Notes: a model not told the origin generated them from the sequence alone. A DNA stretch of 49,933 bases, filler included, from Trypethelium eluteriae (GCA_051942245.1; 2 parts of 2 records of this genome joined end to end with filler, not necessarily neighbours in it), one strand, 5' to 3'; counted from the first letter of the whole stretch, positions 12,239 through 24,928 are shown. Numbers and translations: made by a program.

Positions 12239-13726
12239 TCAATCGTCTCTGATGACCTGCACAATCCCATCTCCATCTTTCGGCGGCATCCAGAACTTCT
12301 CTATTCTCAGTTCCGCTCGCTCGATCAAATTTCTCCACTGCTTCTTGCTTCTTTGCATGCCCGAGTGAAGCGTTAGCATCCCCAAATCAAGCGCTGCTTC
12401 TCTCAATGTAACACCTTGATCTGGAAGGATCAGATCACAAATCAGAATTCTCGAGTATCCTGGCGTCATGACATCATGGATATTTTTCAGGATTTGGACA
12501 GATTCGTCTGTGGGCCAGTTGTGCAGGATGTGGGAGAGGAAGTATGCACGGGCGCCTGATGCGAATGACCATCAATTTCAAGGAGCTCCACTGACAACTT
12601 CGGGAGAGTACATTACCTTTGATGCTGTTTTCTTCAAAGAAGTTCTGTTTCACCTTCTCAATGTCTCTATGTATATTCGCCCCATCTTCAATGACACTGG
12701 GTAAGTCCTGCAAGACCACGATTCCGGGAGCCCTCGGGAATTTCGACCTTACATTGTGGGCTTGATTACCCCTTGCGCCCCCAACATCAACAAACAGATA
12801 GGGGCTTTGCTTCTCGGAGAAGCCTGAGATGATGACGCTCTGTAGTGGAAACCACTCAAGCCAATTAATGTGTTTGCTACCGAAGTGGCCTTGCATGAAC
12901 GTTCTGAAGGTCTCGATGACCTCTGGTCTCGTCTGCCAGTAATGATATGTTTCCAGTGGTGTGTTGAAGGCATACTGGATCGGACCTTTGGTGCTATGGG
13001 ATGGAGATTTGTATCCGTTCTGTTTGAAGTATGCCGGCATTGCGGCAAGAGCAGGCATGCCTTGATCGTACCAATAGGGGAATTAGCTGAACATCAATGT
13101 GAAATGAAAAGAAAACATGGAATATATTTGGGATCCCCTGGACGTCGAGGTGTTGGGTAGCCTGTAAACCATAGATTTGGAACTAGTCTTTTCTATGGTT
13201 TCTTCTTGTTTCACAAAGTCTGCGCCAAGTCGATATCCAGAAATTGCTAAGAAGGAAAGAATGTGATGCACTTTAAGGTCCTTACCAATGTATGTATCCA
13301 GCGCGGACATTAGGCTTCAACATTTGATAGGTCACAGGCGAAGGAGAAAATGTGTCTTCTCCGACTTCTTTGACAAACCCCATGGCAGCTAGGGACCGCA
13401 AAAGCCTTGATAGAAGTAATGGCTCTCCGCCAGTGACTTTTGCTAGCTCAGATACTGTCTGTGGGTTTCTCATAGCTAATTGCTGGTAGATATCCAAGTC
13501 GATGGCTATCCTTGCACACATAATCTGCTCTCCCTGCAGGTGGTCTATGTCAATTCCATCTCATGTGATGTATGGGAACATGCATGAGTACCGAACTAAT
13601 GGCGAGGTTGAAAACGCTCTCATCCGGACCTTCCAGGCGGGAAGCGAGTGACCGCAGGAGATTGATTGCATGCCGTCGTGCCGCGTCGTACAAGGAGAAC
13701 GGGTCTAAAAGAGACGAAAATGACAT
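12239..13726 (-). CDS. SAM-dependent O-methyltransferase (Methyltransf_2, fungal secondary-metabolism type); possibly inactivated by a defective intron-2 acceptor
   Basis: Dimerisation region RIAIDLDI...LLSRLLRSLAAMG, SAM motif VDVGGARG, VLQDLP, QNFF, GARAYFLSHILHNW, SRILICD. Introns at 13534-13591, 13072-13285 (ends TTG) and about 12556-12616. Confidence 0.88.
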
Positions 13727-16700
13727 AATAAATGTAGTCTACCAGAAGGAAAATGCAAAGTAGAATACCGAAGGAATTCATACAACGAAAACTTCAAATA
13801 GAAATCAATTAGATTACTAAGATAAGACGTGATAAATTGATCGGCCTCATAGGCTCTGCCGTGTCAAATAGAAGGGTTGCTTAGGTACATTCGTGTACCT
13901 GCCCACTTCGGTCCTACATCGACGCGGCTAGTATCGAGCTCAAGAGGGCCATTGGTGGGACTAGAATGCCGTGTGTACCGACTGGTGTATCAGTGAATGC
14001 TCGCCCGCTCACATATGGTCCTGCAGGTAAGACTTTTCGCATCAGGTTTGCAAACTCTTCGTCAGCGTTGGCGCCAGAAAACCAGCTCAAATGCCATTCT
14101 ACTCCGTAGAGCTCAGAGTAGCGAAATCGATACATAAACCTTACACGGCTCTGAGAGCAAGTCTCAGTACGGAATATGTGGCCAAGGTAATTGATTAAGG
14201 TCCGACCGCAATTAGGAATTTGAAAGAAGCAAGCTTAGGCTCCGGGGCTGCAGATGGAGTAGCTTTATTTTTGAAGATAGATTCGAAGTCTCATCTCTTC
14301 AAGTCTCTCAATTGTTCCATCTCATTACATGTCAAAAAGCTGTTCTCCGATTCACAGGCTGGCTGGGTGGCTGGTCGGCCGGAGTGGGGTTCGACTAATA
14401 TTGCTTTTCCCACGATACCTTAGCACGCTTAGGTACCTAAGCAGCGACAGCAGTGTATGCCCACGCGATTGACCTGCATGAGCAGAGAGCCATGTGTGCT
14501 CCGCATGCTGCACAATTACTCTACTGGGCGGTCCAACATGAAGCGTTTGTGTCTCGGGTATGACCTATGGATTCGAAGCCAACGACGAACGGCACAAGCT
14601 TGATTCTAGACTCACATCTTCGAGACAGTCTGCCAATGCTTGAGCTGAAACAGGGAGAATAGGCGATGTCCTAGAAGCTTTATCAAAACAGTCTCAATTT
14701 AGTAGATCAGCCTCATTGACATTCATGCTTGAGCTCCGAAACTGCAGGGTAGTCGTGGCTACAGAAGACCGCGTGGCTGCGTCAATTTCCAGGAAAAGTT
14801 CATGCTTGATCCTCACGACTCATGGTAGATCGCAAACATAGGTTTGAATCAAAAGGGACCCCAATAGACCGTGGCAGCATGTTTCTTACCGAAGGACGGC
14901 ATTGCTGCTGTTGTTGATTGAGTACGTCTTGAGGTTAGCGAGCAGCGGTGGAATCTCCTGACTTGGATATCATGGCTGATACCTTATGCACCTGTTATCA
15001 CTTGACTCGCCGACAACCCAGCTTGACTATAGAGTACAGCTTCTTGATGAGCGATAGGAGACATTCGTCGACACGGACTAGCGACTTCTTTCAGATGGGA
15101 CGGCAGTTAATAGAGCATCTCACATGAAAGGGCTATATCAGTGCTTAGCTTAAAACTTGTGGGCTGACCGATTCGTTAGGCGATTTTGCATAGCTTCAGT
15201 GATGGACTAGTGGTTGATGAAACGACATACCCTGAGACCTCAAGAGAGGGCGCGCGGAAAAGCCGTGAATGGTGGCTTACAGCACAAGGCAACCTGCATG
15301 TCCCATGATACGCGCTATGTCACCTTTGAAGACGTCTCCACGAAATGATTGTGAGTTCTTTAGTAGTGATTAAACCAAGTCCCGACGTTGACACGGAAGT
15401 CCAGAATGGGTATATCGATTATCAGATAGTCTTGAGGTGCTTGAAGTGACGGATGATCTTCTTTCTCTTTGATCGACCTGCGGAAATCATCTCCGCCTAT
15501 TCGCACCCGCAAAGGAGCTTGGCTGTTCAATGGGCTGGGCATAGACGACTCAATATTGCTACATGATTGGCTGCTGAGACATCGGCCATACTGAGCACCC
15601 CTGGCGTTGAGAAGTGACTGGGGCACCCTACTATCCAAGATTAGCCCCAGAAATCCTCGAAACTTCTGGCAAAAAATGTACTTTTGCCACCGTGAGATTC
15701 CGAGCCATATTTCAGAAGAACTACTTACAACATCGAAAGTATTTAGTTTGCTAATATGTCGAGATTATATGTTGACTAGGAATCCGATTATGTGGTGGGA
15801 TGGACCAGACACTTCGGAACACCAGGGTGCTGAGGTTGGAGATGCTCGAAGGATGCGGCACTCTTCCACCCTTCCACCGCTTCCACGCGTGGCGCTCAAC
15901 GATATCCTGGCTGTTATCCTTGTGTGCACAAGCCATGCATTCCTCTCAGGTACCAGGTTGCTCCGAGTAACTATTCTGGAGGACGACATTCCGAGAACGA
16001 GACGCGATTGGGCCACTTTGCGAGGTGGCTGTCACCCACCTTTTCCTTGCATTCCTGACAGGCATGGATTGTACCCTGAAGGGCCAATGAATGAAATCTG
16101 AGCCATATAGATTTCCCACGAAGTCACTTCGCTAGATGGCCTTTCCTAGCTTTTCCTCTAGCGGACGGGCTGATTGCGATCATACCCGTGAACCAGAGAC
16201 AGCAGCAAACGCGATCAGCCACCTTTCCATAGCTGTTGGCGAATACAGTGATGAAAGGCACCGGAAGCGGTGAAAGTCTTGAGCCTCCGTACCACCATTG
16301 AACTTTCCACAGTCTCGGGTCAGGTCCCGTCGGGTAGCGTTGGCAAGCATGGCAAGCCCGAGATACTACGGGCGATAGCATCCACGGTTGGTCGGGCCAC
16401 CCCTTAGTTCGCGGACACTTTGGTGGAGCTATGTCTGCGCTTGGCTTACGTTTGGCATCGGTCCGACCATTCCTCATGATTAAGAAGGCCCCAGACGGGG
16501 ATCCTTATCCCTACAATTGCCAGGGGTAACGAGGTTGCGATCTAAGTAATGAGGAATGCCTACCATGCTCTCCAGGACCCCAGGAACCATTTCATTGAGT
16601 AAGAGGAAAATGCAATGCAGATCTCGTACGAGCAAATCTATCTTGCGTTTGCTCCACTAGTTCACTCTGGGTACTAATACGGAGTACTCAGATGATCGAC

Positions 16701-16913
16701 ACTCGTTCCGTATTCACGTTCATACTGCTTTTTGTGAATCTCGCAGACCGCTTAGTGTCTCTTCTCATTTCATGATGGTTGTCTATCTTTAAGTCTCGAC
16801 CTTCATGTCCTTCCCTAACCTCAAGGATCCTCCACAGACCCTGCGAGCCTTCTATACAATTACCTCTTTGGCGCAGGGACAGCTCATCAATACCTAGACC
16901 TTGATTTTTAGAC

Positions 16914-18309
16914 ATGGCTTCATCGGATACGGACGACAGCGCATCAGAACTATTGGCGATAGTATGGGTTCTGCTTACTGTCTCAGCTTTGATCATCATA
17001 GCGCGACTATATACCAGAGCCGCGGTGGTGAAAAATGTCGCTTTAGATGATCATATCATGATCTTTGCATGGGTTCGTCAATGTGAAGAAACTGAATATT
17101 GAGGCTGTCTCGCTGATTCAAACTCAGTTCTTCGGTCTCTTATTCAACACATTCATTTCACTGTCATGCCACTGGGGCTTAGGAAGACATTTCTGGACCC
17201 TAGACCCGTTGCACCAAGTCAATGCTATGCATTGGAATTTCACGGCCCAGCCATTCGGCATTCTTGCAGGAATGATCGGACGGATTTCGTTCACCGTCAG
17301 CCTTCTTCGTATCATTGGACCCGTGGACAGGTTTAAGAAAATGGTTCTCCTGTTTCTTATCATTTTCCAGATCTTGGTGAATATCTCCACCATCATCCTC
17401 ATTTTTGTCCAATGCGGGAAAGATATCAATGCCATCTGGGATCCGGCTTTAATCAAGACAGCCGGCGCAAAATGCTGGAGCCCGGATATACAGACTTACT
17501 ATGGATTTTTCCAGAGTTGTAAGGATTCTTCGCCCATGTTTATGAGAACATTTATCTGACACGCAATTAGCCGTCAATGCTGCAACTGATCTAGCATTGA
17601 CAGTCTTACCGTTGTTGGTTCTATGGAGCACGCAACTAAAGACAGCCATTAAAGTGACCTTAGGATTCTTATTAGGTCTTTCAATACTGTAAGTCCAGAT
17701 TGTCATGGCTCCATAATGCAGCTGCTTATTGATATCAGGGCCATGGCTGCTACGGTCGTGAAGACCTACCAGCTTAAGAACATCAGCGCGCGGAATGATT
17801 TCACGAGTAAGTGCTCGTACACTATACCTCTGGAGGACATTCTAATTTCGTCAGGAAACATCGTTGGATTGTACATTTGGACAGCCGTCGAATTCAACGT
17901 AGTGTTTATCGGTGCATCAATTTCAACGCTTAAGCCACTATTCAAGGGAGTGAAGATGTTTTCCAGGACCTCTTCAAGACCAGTGGGCTACCAACTTTCT
18001 CGTACCGGCCAGAAATCGTCATCGCATGCCCATCCCTCGTACAAACCGGAGAGTTGGAGCTTTTCGCAACTTAATAGTAGCAAGAGAGACAAAGGCGATT
18101 CAGCGAGTGAGGAGAATATTTTACCCCCTGAAAATCAGCACAGGTCAGGCAACGGACAGGACATTAAGAAAACAACTGTGATTACGATTGATCGCAGGAA
18201 CAGCAATTTCAACCCAACACCCGAGCCAGTGAGATTCGAGTCAGTGGAGCGTGGAAGAGCGCCCAGCACGGAACCTCCTGCTGCTTGGAACGGATCTCAT
18301 GCGCGCTGA
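16914..18309 (+). CDS. PTH11-like integral membrane protein / fungal rhodopsin-domain GPCR (no CFEM); introns 17073-17127, 17519-17570, 17689-17738, 17807-17854
   Basis: ARLYTR, LDD, WGLGRH, RIS, FVQC...AIWD...KCW, NAATDLAL...LP, WTAVEFNV...ASISTLKPLF; Ser-rich cytoplasmic tail. Confidence 0.9.
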
Positions 18310-21300
18310 ATTTATTCTTGTTCGTCAGAAGAAAGTCAGCTAAGGGGGTGCGGCACGGTTCGTCATGAAGGTTCGACTTCGAGGCTTCCTCTCCAGTCGA
18401 TCAGCACTTAGAGGCGAACAAATGTTGCATCAGCAAAAGTTACTTACCATGTGTTATGTGTGTACGATAGCAAAATTGGGATGTCACATCTTCCTGCGCC
18501 CTATTTTGGGCCTTTCTTATCATTCACGACGGTCACCGAACCGGATCACAGCACGAGGATATATTTAGGGTTTACAGAGCCGGATCAGTCCACGACCGGG
18601 TGATGATGGTCGGCCATGCGACTCCACAAAGGATTTGGAATATAGACCCTTGGTAGAATTTAGTACTTCTGGATTGGCTGCGAAACGTAGCCCAGTTTTC
18701 ATCTTTTGGCTCTGGATGTGGTGTGCCGTGAGTCTACGTGCGAGTAGTGCTAGCTTTGTCGCTATCAAGAAGCGCGCTCCTGCACGGAATATATTTCTTG
18801 CCATACGAGAAGTGCGTCAAGATGTATATCAAGCCCATCTAGCGAAGCTAACTAGCGATTTCCGAGAACCTTGTACTGCTAGGCATGGGTTCGATGATCT
18901 TGGATCGACCTGCGAGTTGGCTGCAGGATACAAGGTAGAAAGCTGAGTATCCACACGCAACCAACGTATTCTGCAGGAATACGTAGCCAACGAGTAAGGA
19001 GGAGGCCGACCGATATGCCAAAGGGTAGTTATGTAAGTTCAGTTTCGCATGCCTCACTCTCGAAGGCAAGGCAAGACGTAGGTGAATGAAATCAGTCCTG
19101 TCACCTGGCCGTAAGCGACGAACACCCCTTCAATGAGACGAGCAGCACCACCTACACCAAACCATAAGCCTTTGCAGGCGCCAGAATTAGAGCCTGTGCA
19201 AGGAAGCTCTCCGTGCCCATACTTATTGGCCTTGCGTCACACCTCGTTCTTGACGTCTTCATTTTGTCCTTACCTGCCTTGGTCCCACCGTGCCAGCTCG
19301 GAGAATTGTCAAAAAGACTACAAAACGTCGCGGGATGGAAAGTGGGTGCACATAGTCAAGAATTTGTGATCCAAAGCATCACATCTCAGAATCTTTTTTT
19401 CAACAAAAGACTGCCAAGATAAATAATGATAACCACCATGAATGTTAAACAAATTACAGCTCTCCGCAAGAAACAACTACTGTGCGATTGTGGGACCAAG
19501 GAGCTGCCCTCTTAGTCTAAACAAACGCGTCAGGTCGCGCGAAAATATCACTGCAACGACCCATCTCGATTCATGTCAAGCACCCCCATCCCTTACATTG
19601 AACCGCCTTCCAAGATCTCTAAATGGGGGCTGTATTGTCTTGGATGTAGGGAATGTTACGAGAAGGAAACATACTTCCGGAAGCAGAAAGCACAACTTCG
19701 TGGACCACGTTGTCTGCTGTAGACCTGTTGTAGTCGGAACGCCGCAAGATCGAAATGAGACAGATATTGCAAAATCCTCCATTTTGCTGAAAGCGGAACC
19801 TATCAGCGTGCTTCAATTTTGATTCTGCTGGCCTGATTATTCCAGAGCAACAGTGCTCCAACGGTCTGCTCTGTGCACGGAGTACCAAGGTACCTTGTAC
19901 CGTCTAGTCACTGTATTCTGCGACATCGCCGCGTAGGGTGCAGCGCCTCGTTCCAGCCAAGGATGTTCGACTGACCAGAGTGATGAATCTCGTCTGCCAT
20001 CGAATATTGTAGCGAGTGGCAGTCACGGAGAGCCACATAAGCGTCAGCCGCAGAAGAATCCTGATTCGAAGTTTCTGCCGCCCCACTCGGAGTACCATGG
20101 GAATGTCTTCATTTGGCATCCTCCGCATGGCATACGGCTTAATATCTGTACGTGATTAAGCATTAATTATTGCTCCCCACCTGTATCAATAATCAAATAA
20201 GGATCTTTCCTCCTTCAATGAGCACGACGGGACTGTCATCGCGGCTATTCCCTTGCTGCCGGGAGCATCCATCATGTAGTCCAAAACGCACGTATCGTGT
20301 TGTACCTTGTAAGAGCAAAGTTTGGGATTACCCGTCCTCGCTACCACATTATGATATGTTCGCCCGCTCTTCAATCTTGCACTGCAACTCTCCACCTCTT
20401 TACGGTCCGAATGCCAAGCGCCACCGGCGCAGCGAATTCATAGACTATCAAGCCGACGAGCAGATCTCCGAGACAACATGACCCCTATCAGGCACTGGAA
20501 CCGTGCCTGGGCACGCACCTGGCGAGCATCTGGAGGGGAGGTTAGCACGGTCTAGAATGCGAGAATTGAAGACGAATGGCCGAAGGATGTCCCTGAGTGG
20601 AGAGGGCTGGTATCAAGGATGCATCCACGACTCAGGTGGAGAAGGAACGGGCCTTGAACTCGAGACGAGCTGATCAAGGCTTCTTACGTTCTTACCCAGG
20701 CTAAGTGGATCATTACTCATGAAGGGGCGGGACGAGGCGTGTGGGCCATGATGCCACTCGGAAGGGAGGAGCATTTTTTGCAGCGAAAGCCGAAGTCGCA
20801 CCTGACGCCGGTAAGAAGGGAAGCCACCACAGAAATAGACTTTTGGATGCAACAAGGCTTTGCCCGTTCTCTACCAAGATCTTCCCTCCCAGCGTGCCCA
20901 CCAACGCGACAGCTTCCTCTGGCAAGTGCCTTCCCGTTCTGCGGGGAGCAGCTGCCAGCCGGGCCAAGCGAGAAGCTACAGCCGGGATGGACCTTGCTAG
21001 CGGAGGTTCCACCGCACTGGCACCAAATGGCTCGTTCCCCCACTGCTTTCTCTAAACTCTTCTCATCAATTCATCAAACCCCACAATGCCCACGCCAAAT
21101 CATGCCTTCAGCAATGATCACTCCTATGTACCTCCGATCGCGGGCCGTGGCGTAGGCGAGTCAGCATCTTGAGACGGACAAATTGTGGAACGGCCGTCCT
21201 TGCGCCATCTCCGACCTCGTCCATTTCACACCCGTCTGGAGTACGGAGGAGTTACCCCAAACCTCCCGCAAGACCAGAAGCAGGCTCGAGCAGGGCTTGC

Positions 21301-21860
21301 AGCTCCATATCGGCCCCGTAATCATTGCTATCACTAGGCAAGTCCGTCGCTCTTTTTTTCCAAATCACTGCCGCCATACACGCTTGAAAATAAAACATTC
21401 CGGCAAGCCTTCACAATGATTGGACTATAGTATCAGATTATTGCGGCACAGTTTGGTACCTAAGCACTACTATGCAACTCCATGCAGCAACCGTGAGGCG
21501 TACATCTTCTGGAACTTGTAGATCCCAGCCTGCTGCAGCTTGGTGCAATCATGGCTCCTGCTGTTGTACATGGGGGACACAACCCACGTTATGGACCACG
21601 TTGGCGACGTGCAGCAGCGCCCTCAAAGATGTAAACCCTGAGAGATTCACCTCCACCTAGCCGACCCTGTTACCGATGGGGAAGGCCGTCGACTGATTCG
21701 TACCTCTTGTACTCTGTCGCTGGGAGCCTTGTTCTTAACCTCTTACACTTCCACCGCTGTAAGGATTTTCGTCTTCCTTACTCATTGAAACTTTCCCATT
21801 CCCTAAAGCCCAATTTCCGCTCCGCTGCGCATATATCTCTTATCATTCAGATCCTTTGCG

Positions 21861-23922
21861 ATGGCCACTCCAAAGACTGCCGAGGTGGCCAACGCGCGCG
21901 AAATAAGCAGTCAGCCTTCCTCGGTCGATGGCAAGCAACCCGACCCATCCCTGGTAGAAAAAGGTGTCCACGGTGGTGATCTCTATGATGAAGATGACAC
22001 GGGTAGCGGCATCAATGTTGTCGCGGATGGCCAGACGAACCTGAAGACAACCAAGGATGGCAAGACCATTCTTATCCCGCAACCATCCGACGATCCAGCA
22101 GATCCATTGAATTGGAGTTGGGGCAAAAAACATCTCGTCCTCTTCACCCTCTTTCTCCCTGCTCTTTTCACGGATTTTGGCATGACCTGGGGTGAGGCCG
22201 TCTGTTCCAATTGCCATCTTACACAGCTAATCGCCGGTCATACTTTAGGTACCACACTCTTCCAAGCACAAGCCCCATCTTTTGGCATGACCGTCGCTGC
22301 AACCGCATTGTCGATAAACGGAGGTATTTTCCTGCAAGGGCCCGGTGGCGTTATCGCGGTTCCATTCACCCAAAGATTTGGACGGTAAGCCCGGAAATTT
22401 TCTTTTCTCGCCCCTTGGCACTTTTTGTGCTTTCTCCTCAGTACATCTCATGCACAACAGCCCTGGTGTGTGGCTGGCTGCATGCATCTTTTCGAAAGAT
22501 CGGATGATCCACGTACCGTACTGCAACCCTGAACTGGCCCGCTTTCTCGTGTAACGACGAGATATCAGCACACCCTCATTGGTTTGGACCATGGGATCCT
22601 CGATCTCCCAGATCCATGGTTTGGCACGATATGTCAGAACCCAGCTCATGGGATCTCTTGAAAGATTGTGGCGCGATTGACAGCATGGAGCTATGCAAGC
22701 TTGTACTGACGTCTGAATAGTCTGCCAGTTCTGTTCTGGTCCCAACTCCTCTCGTGCATCATGGTCATCGGTGCCAGCCAAGCGAGTGGATATGCAGGAT
22801 TCACAGCGTGCCGTACCCTCCAGGGATTCTTCAATACCGCTCCTCAGGTGATTGGTCTCTCGGTAGTTCACGACATGTTTTTCTTCCATGAGCGGACGAT
22901 TCGCATCAACCTATGGGCTTTTTCCTTCGTATTTGGTCCTTTCTTGGCTCCCATGTTGTCGGCATTCGCTGTTGAGGGTATCAGCTGGCGCGCATGTTAT
23001 GGGATCCTCGCTGGTTTATACGGCTTCTCCGCATTGGTTCTTGTCTTCTTTGGTGACGAGACTCTGTACGACAGAAAGAACCCGCAACCACAACATTCCA
23101 ATACCGTCGGAGGCGCAAATAGATTCCTCCTGCTCGTTGGATATCATGGCGCTAAGGCTCAGGGTCGACCAACCATCTGGTCGGTTAGCAAGCACATCGC
23201 CGAACTCCAGTTCAAACCCCAGATCCTACTTACCAGTAAGGCTCAAGTCTACCCAACTTTTTCCTCGACGAGACAATTTCTGACCACCTGCTCCAGCTGC
23301 CTGCTTCATGATGCTCCTCTTCATGTGGTCCATCGGCATCATCACCACCGTCCCGCAATTCATCGTCCCCCCACCCTACAGCTTCTCCCCCAACGCCCTC
23401 GCCCTCTTCTACCTCGGCCCCATGATCGGCGCCCTCATCGGCGAGCTCTGGGGCCACGTCTTCAACGAATGGAACGCCCGCCTCTACATGCGCCGCCACT
23501 CCGGCCGGCACGAACCCGAAAACCGTCTCTGGGGCACCTACGCGCCGGCCATCGCCGCCATCGCCGGGCTCGTCCTCTTCGGCCAGACCCTGCAGCACAC
23601 CCTCACCTGGTTCGCGCTCGACTTCGCCTGGGGCATGTACACCTTCGCCCAGGTCACCGCGACCACCGCCGTCTCTGCGTATCTCCTCGATAGCTTCCCC
23701 AAGCATGCGGCGCTCGTGGCGTCGATTTTGAATTTCTGGCGTACCACTGGTGGGTTCACGGTTGGCTATTTCCAGATGGATTGGGTCAAGCGGAATGGTG
23801 CGGGGGTGAGCTTCGGGTGTCAGGCGGCGATTCTGGCGGCGGGGTTTGCGAGTATTGTCGCGGTGCAGATTTGGGGGAGGAGGTGGAGGATGAGGTATCC
23901 GCCTCCTGTGGCAGAGAATTAG
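21861..23922 (+). CDS. Major facilitator superfamily transporter; introns 22192-22248, 22385-22720, 23236-23296
   Basis: LIPQPSDDPADPLNWSWGKK, RFGRLPVLFWSQ, RTLQGFF, DMFFFHER, FGDETLYDR, PENRLW, YLLDSFP; about 12 TM segments. Confidence 0.93.
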
Positions 23923-24928
23923 ATCGTTGCTGTCATGGTTGGTCTTCTTGCTCTTCGTTCAGCTCTGGCTTTTGGACGGACTTGGGAGGTTCGGGTGCGT
24001 TTGGGTTCGGATTAGAGGGCATCAGTAGGGACATCTTTGTTGTGGCTTTTGGTTGGACGAGTTCTGAGGGTTTGCATTAGATGACTGAAGACATGAAGAG
24101 GAAGGATAGATGAAAACAATGAAATATAACATTACCTCATGTGGTCCTATCCATCCCATATTGCACACTCGGTGGACGAGTTCTGGGTGTGGACAAGAAG
24201 ATAAATGTCTTGTGTGATTTTGTTGCATACTGATTTCAAAGAGTATATCACAGGTCCGCATTAGCGTGGTCGTTGTGGTCAAAATGAATAGCAAAGACAG
24301 TGGTAGCGTTGACAGTCCAAAAAAGCTTCCAGATGGCCAATGAAACAGAAGTACTGTGATCAAGTAGTCAGACATAAGAGAGCATCTCACTTCAGGAGAA
24401 TTGAAATAAACTTTTTGTAGTTAAAGGGATGAATACAAAGTGAGAGTGAGTGACGAAAAATACGTACCACGATCTAGGTAGGAAACCAGAATAGTCGGGA
24501 GTCCCCGAAACCAGGTTCCCGGGAATCCACGCCCAACCAGATCCCTCTAACATCTACAGTTGGGAGGAAAGCCAACAGATCATATATGATTTCCACCCCA
24601 TTCCCACCTGCTATCAGCTCCCTCGCACCTTATCATGTCAGCTTTTCATTTCCTCAACAGTAAGCTTGCCATCAGCAATTTCCTCTAGGTTTACGCCACG
24701 CGAAACCTTCGTGGAAAGGCGTTGGTGCCTGACGGTGGACCATCTCGGGAGCATCAGAGCCCTGTGCCTCACCGGCCCGTTCACATCGAAAGCCGACTCG
24801 GCATCATGCTAGAACCAGCATGTATTCACCTATTGGTGAAAATCGTGCCGTTAGTGGATACGAAGCGATGGGACGGCCCTCGGGGAGGACGGGATGGGCG
24901 AGCTTGGTCTGATTTGGGAAAGGGGACG

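Noticed and set aside
18340..18400. GGTTCGACT T-loop-like motif suggesting a tRNA
   Set aside because: No matching T stem, acceptor stem or cloverleaf. The GGTCGAATCC near 40332 fails the same way and lies within the Zn2Cys6 pseudogene.
18964..18984. Near-palindrome ACGTATTC-TGCAG-GAATACGT
   Set aside because: An 8-bp stem, isolated and without supporting context; compatible with chance.
24640..24928. Naming the structured region as SRP RNA, RNase P/MRP, TPP riboswitch, hammerhead ribozyme or telomerase RNA
   Set aside because: Diagnostic motifs are absent from the visible sequence: SRP GNRA/GNAR loops, CR-I/CR-V, CUGAGA, a correctly placed CUGANGA, and a TAACCC template. Kept only as an unnamed candidate.
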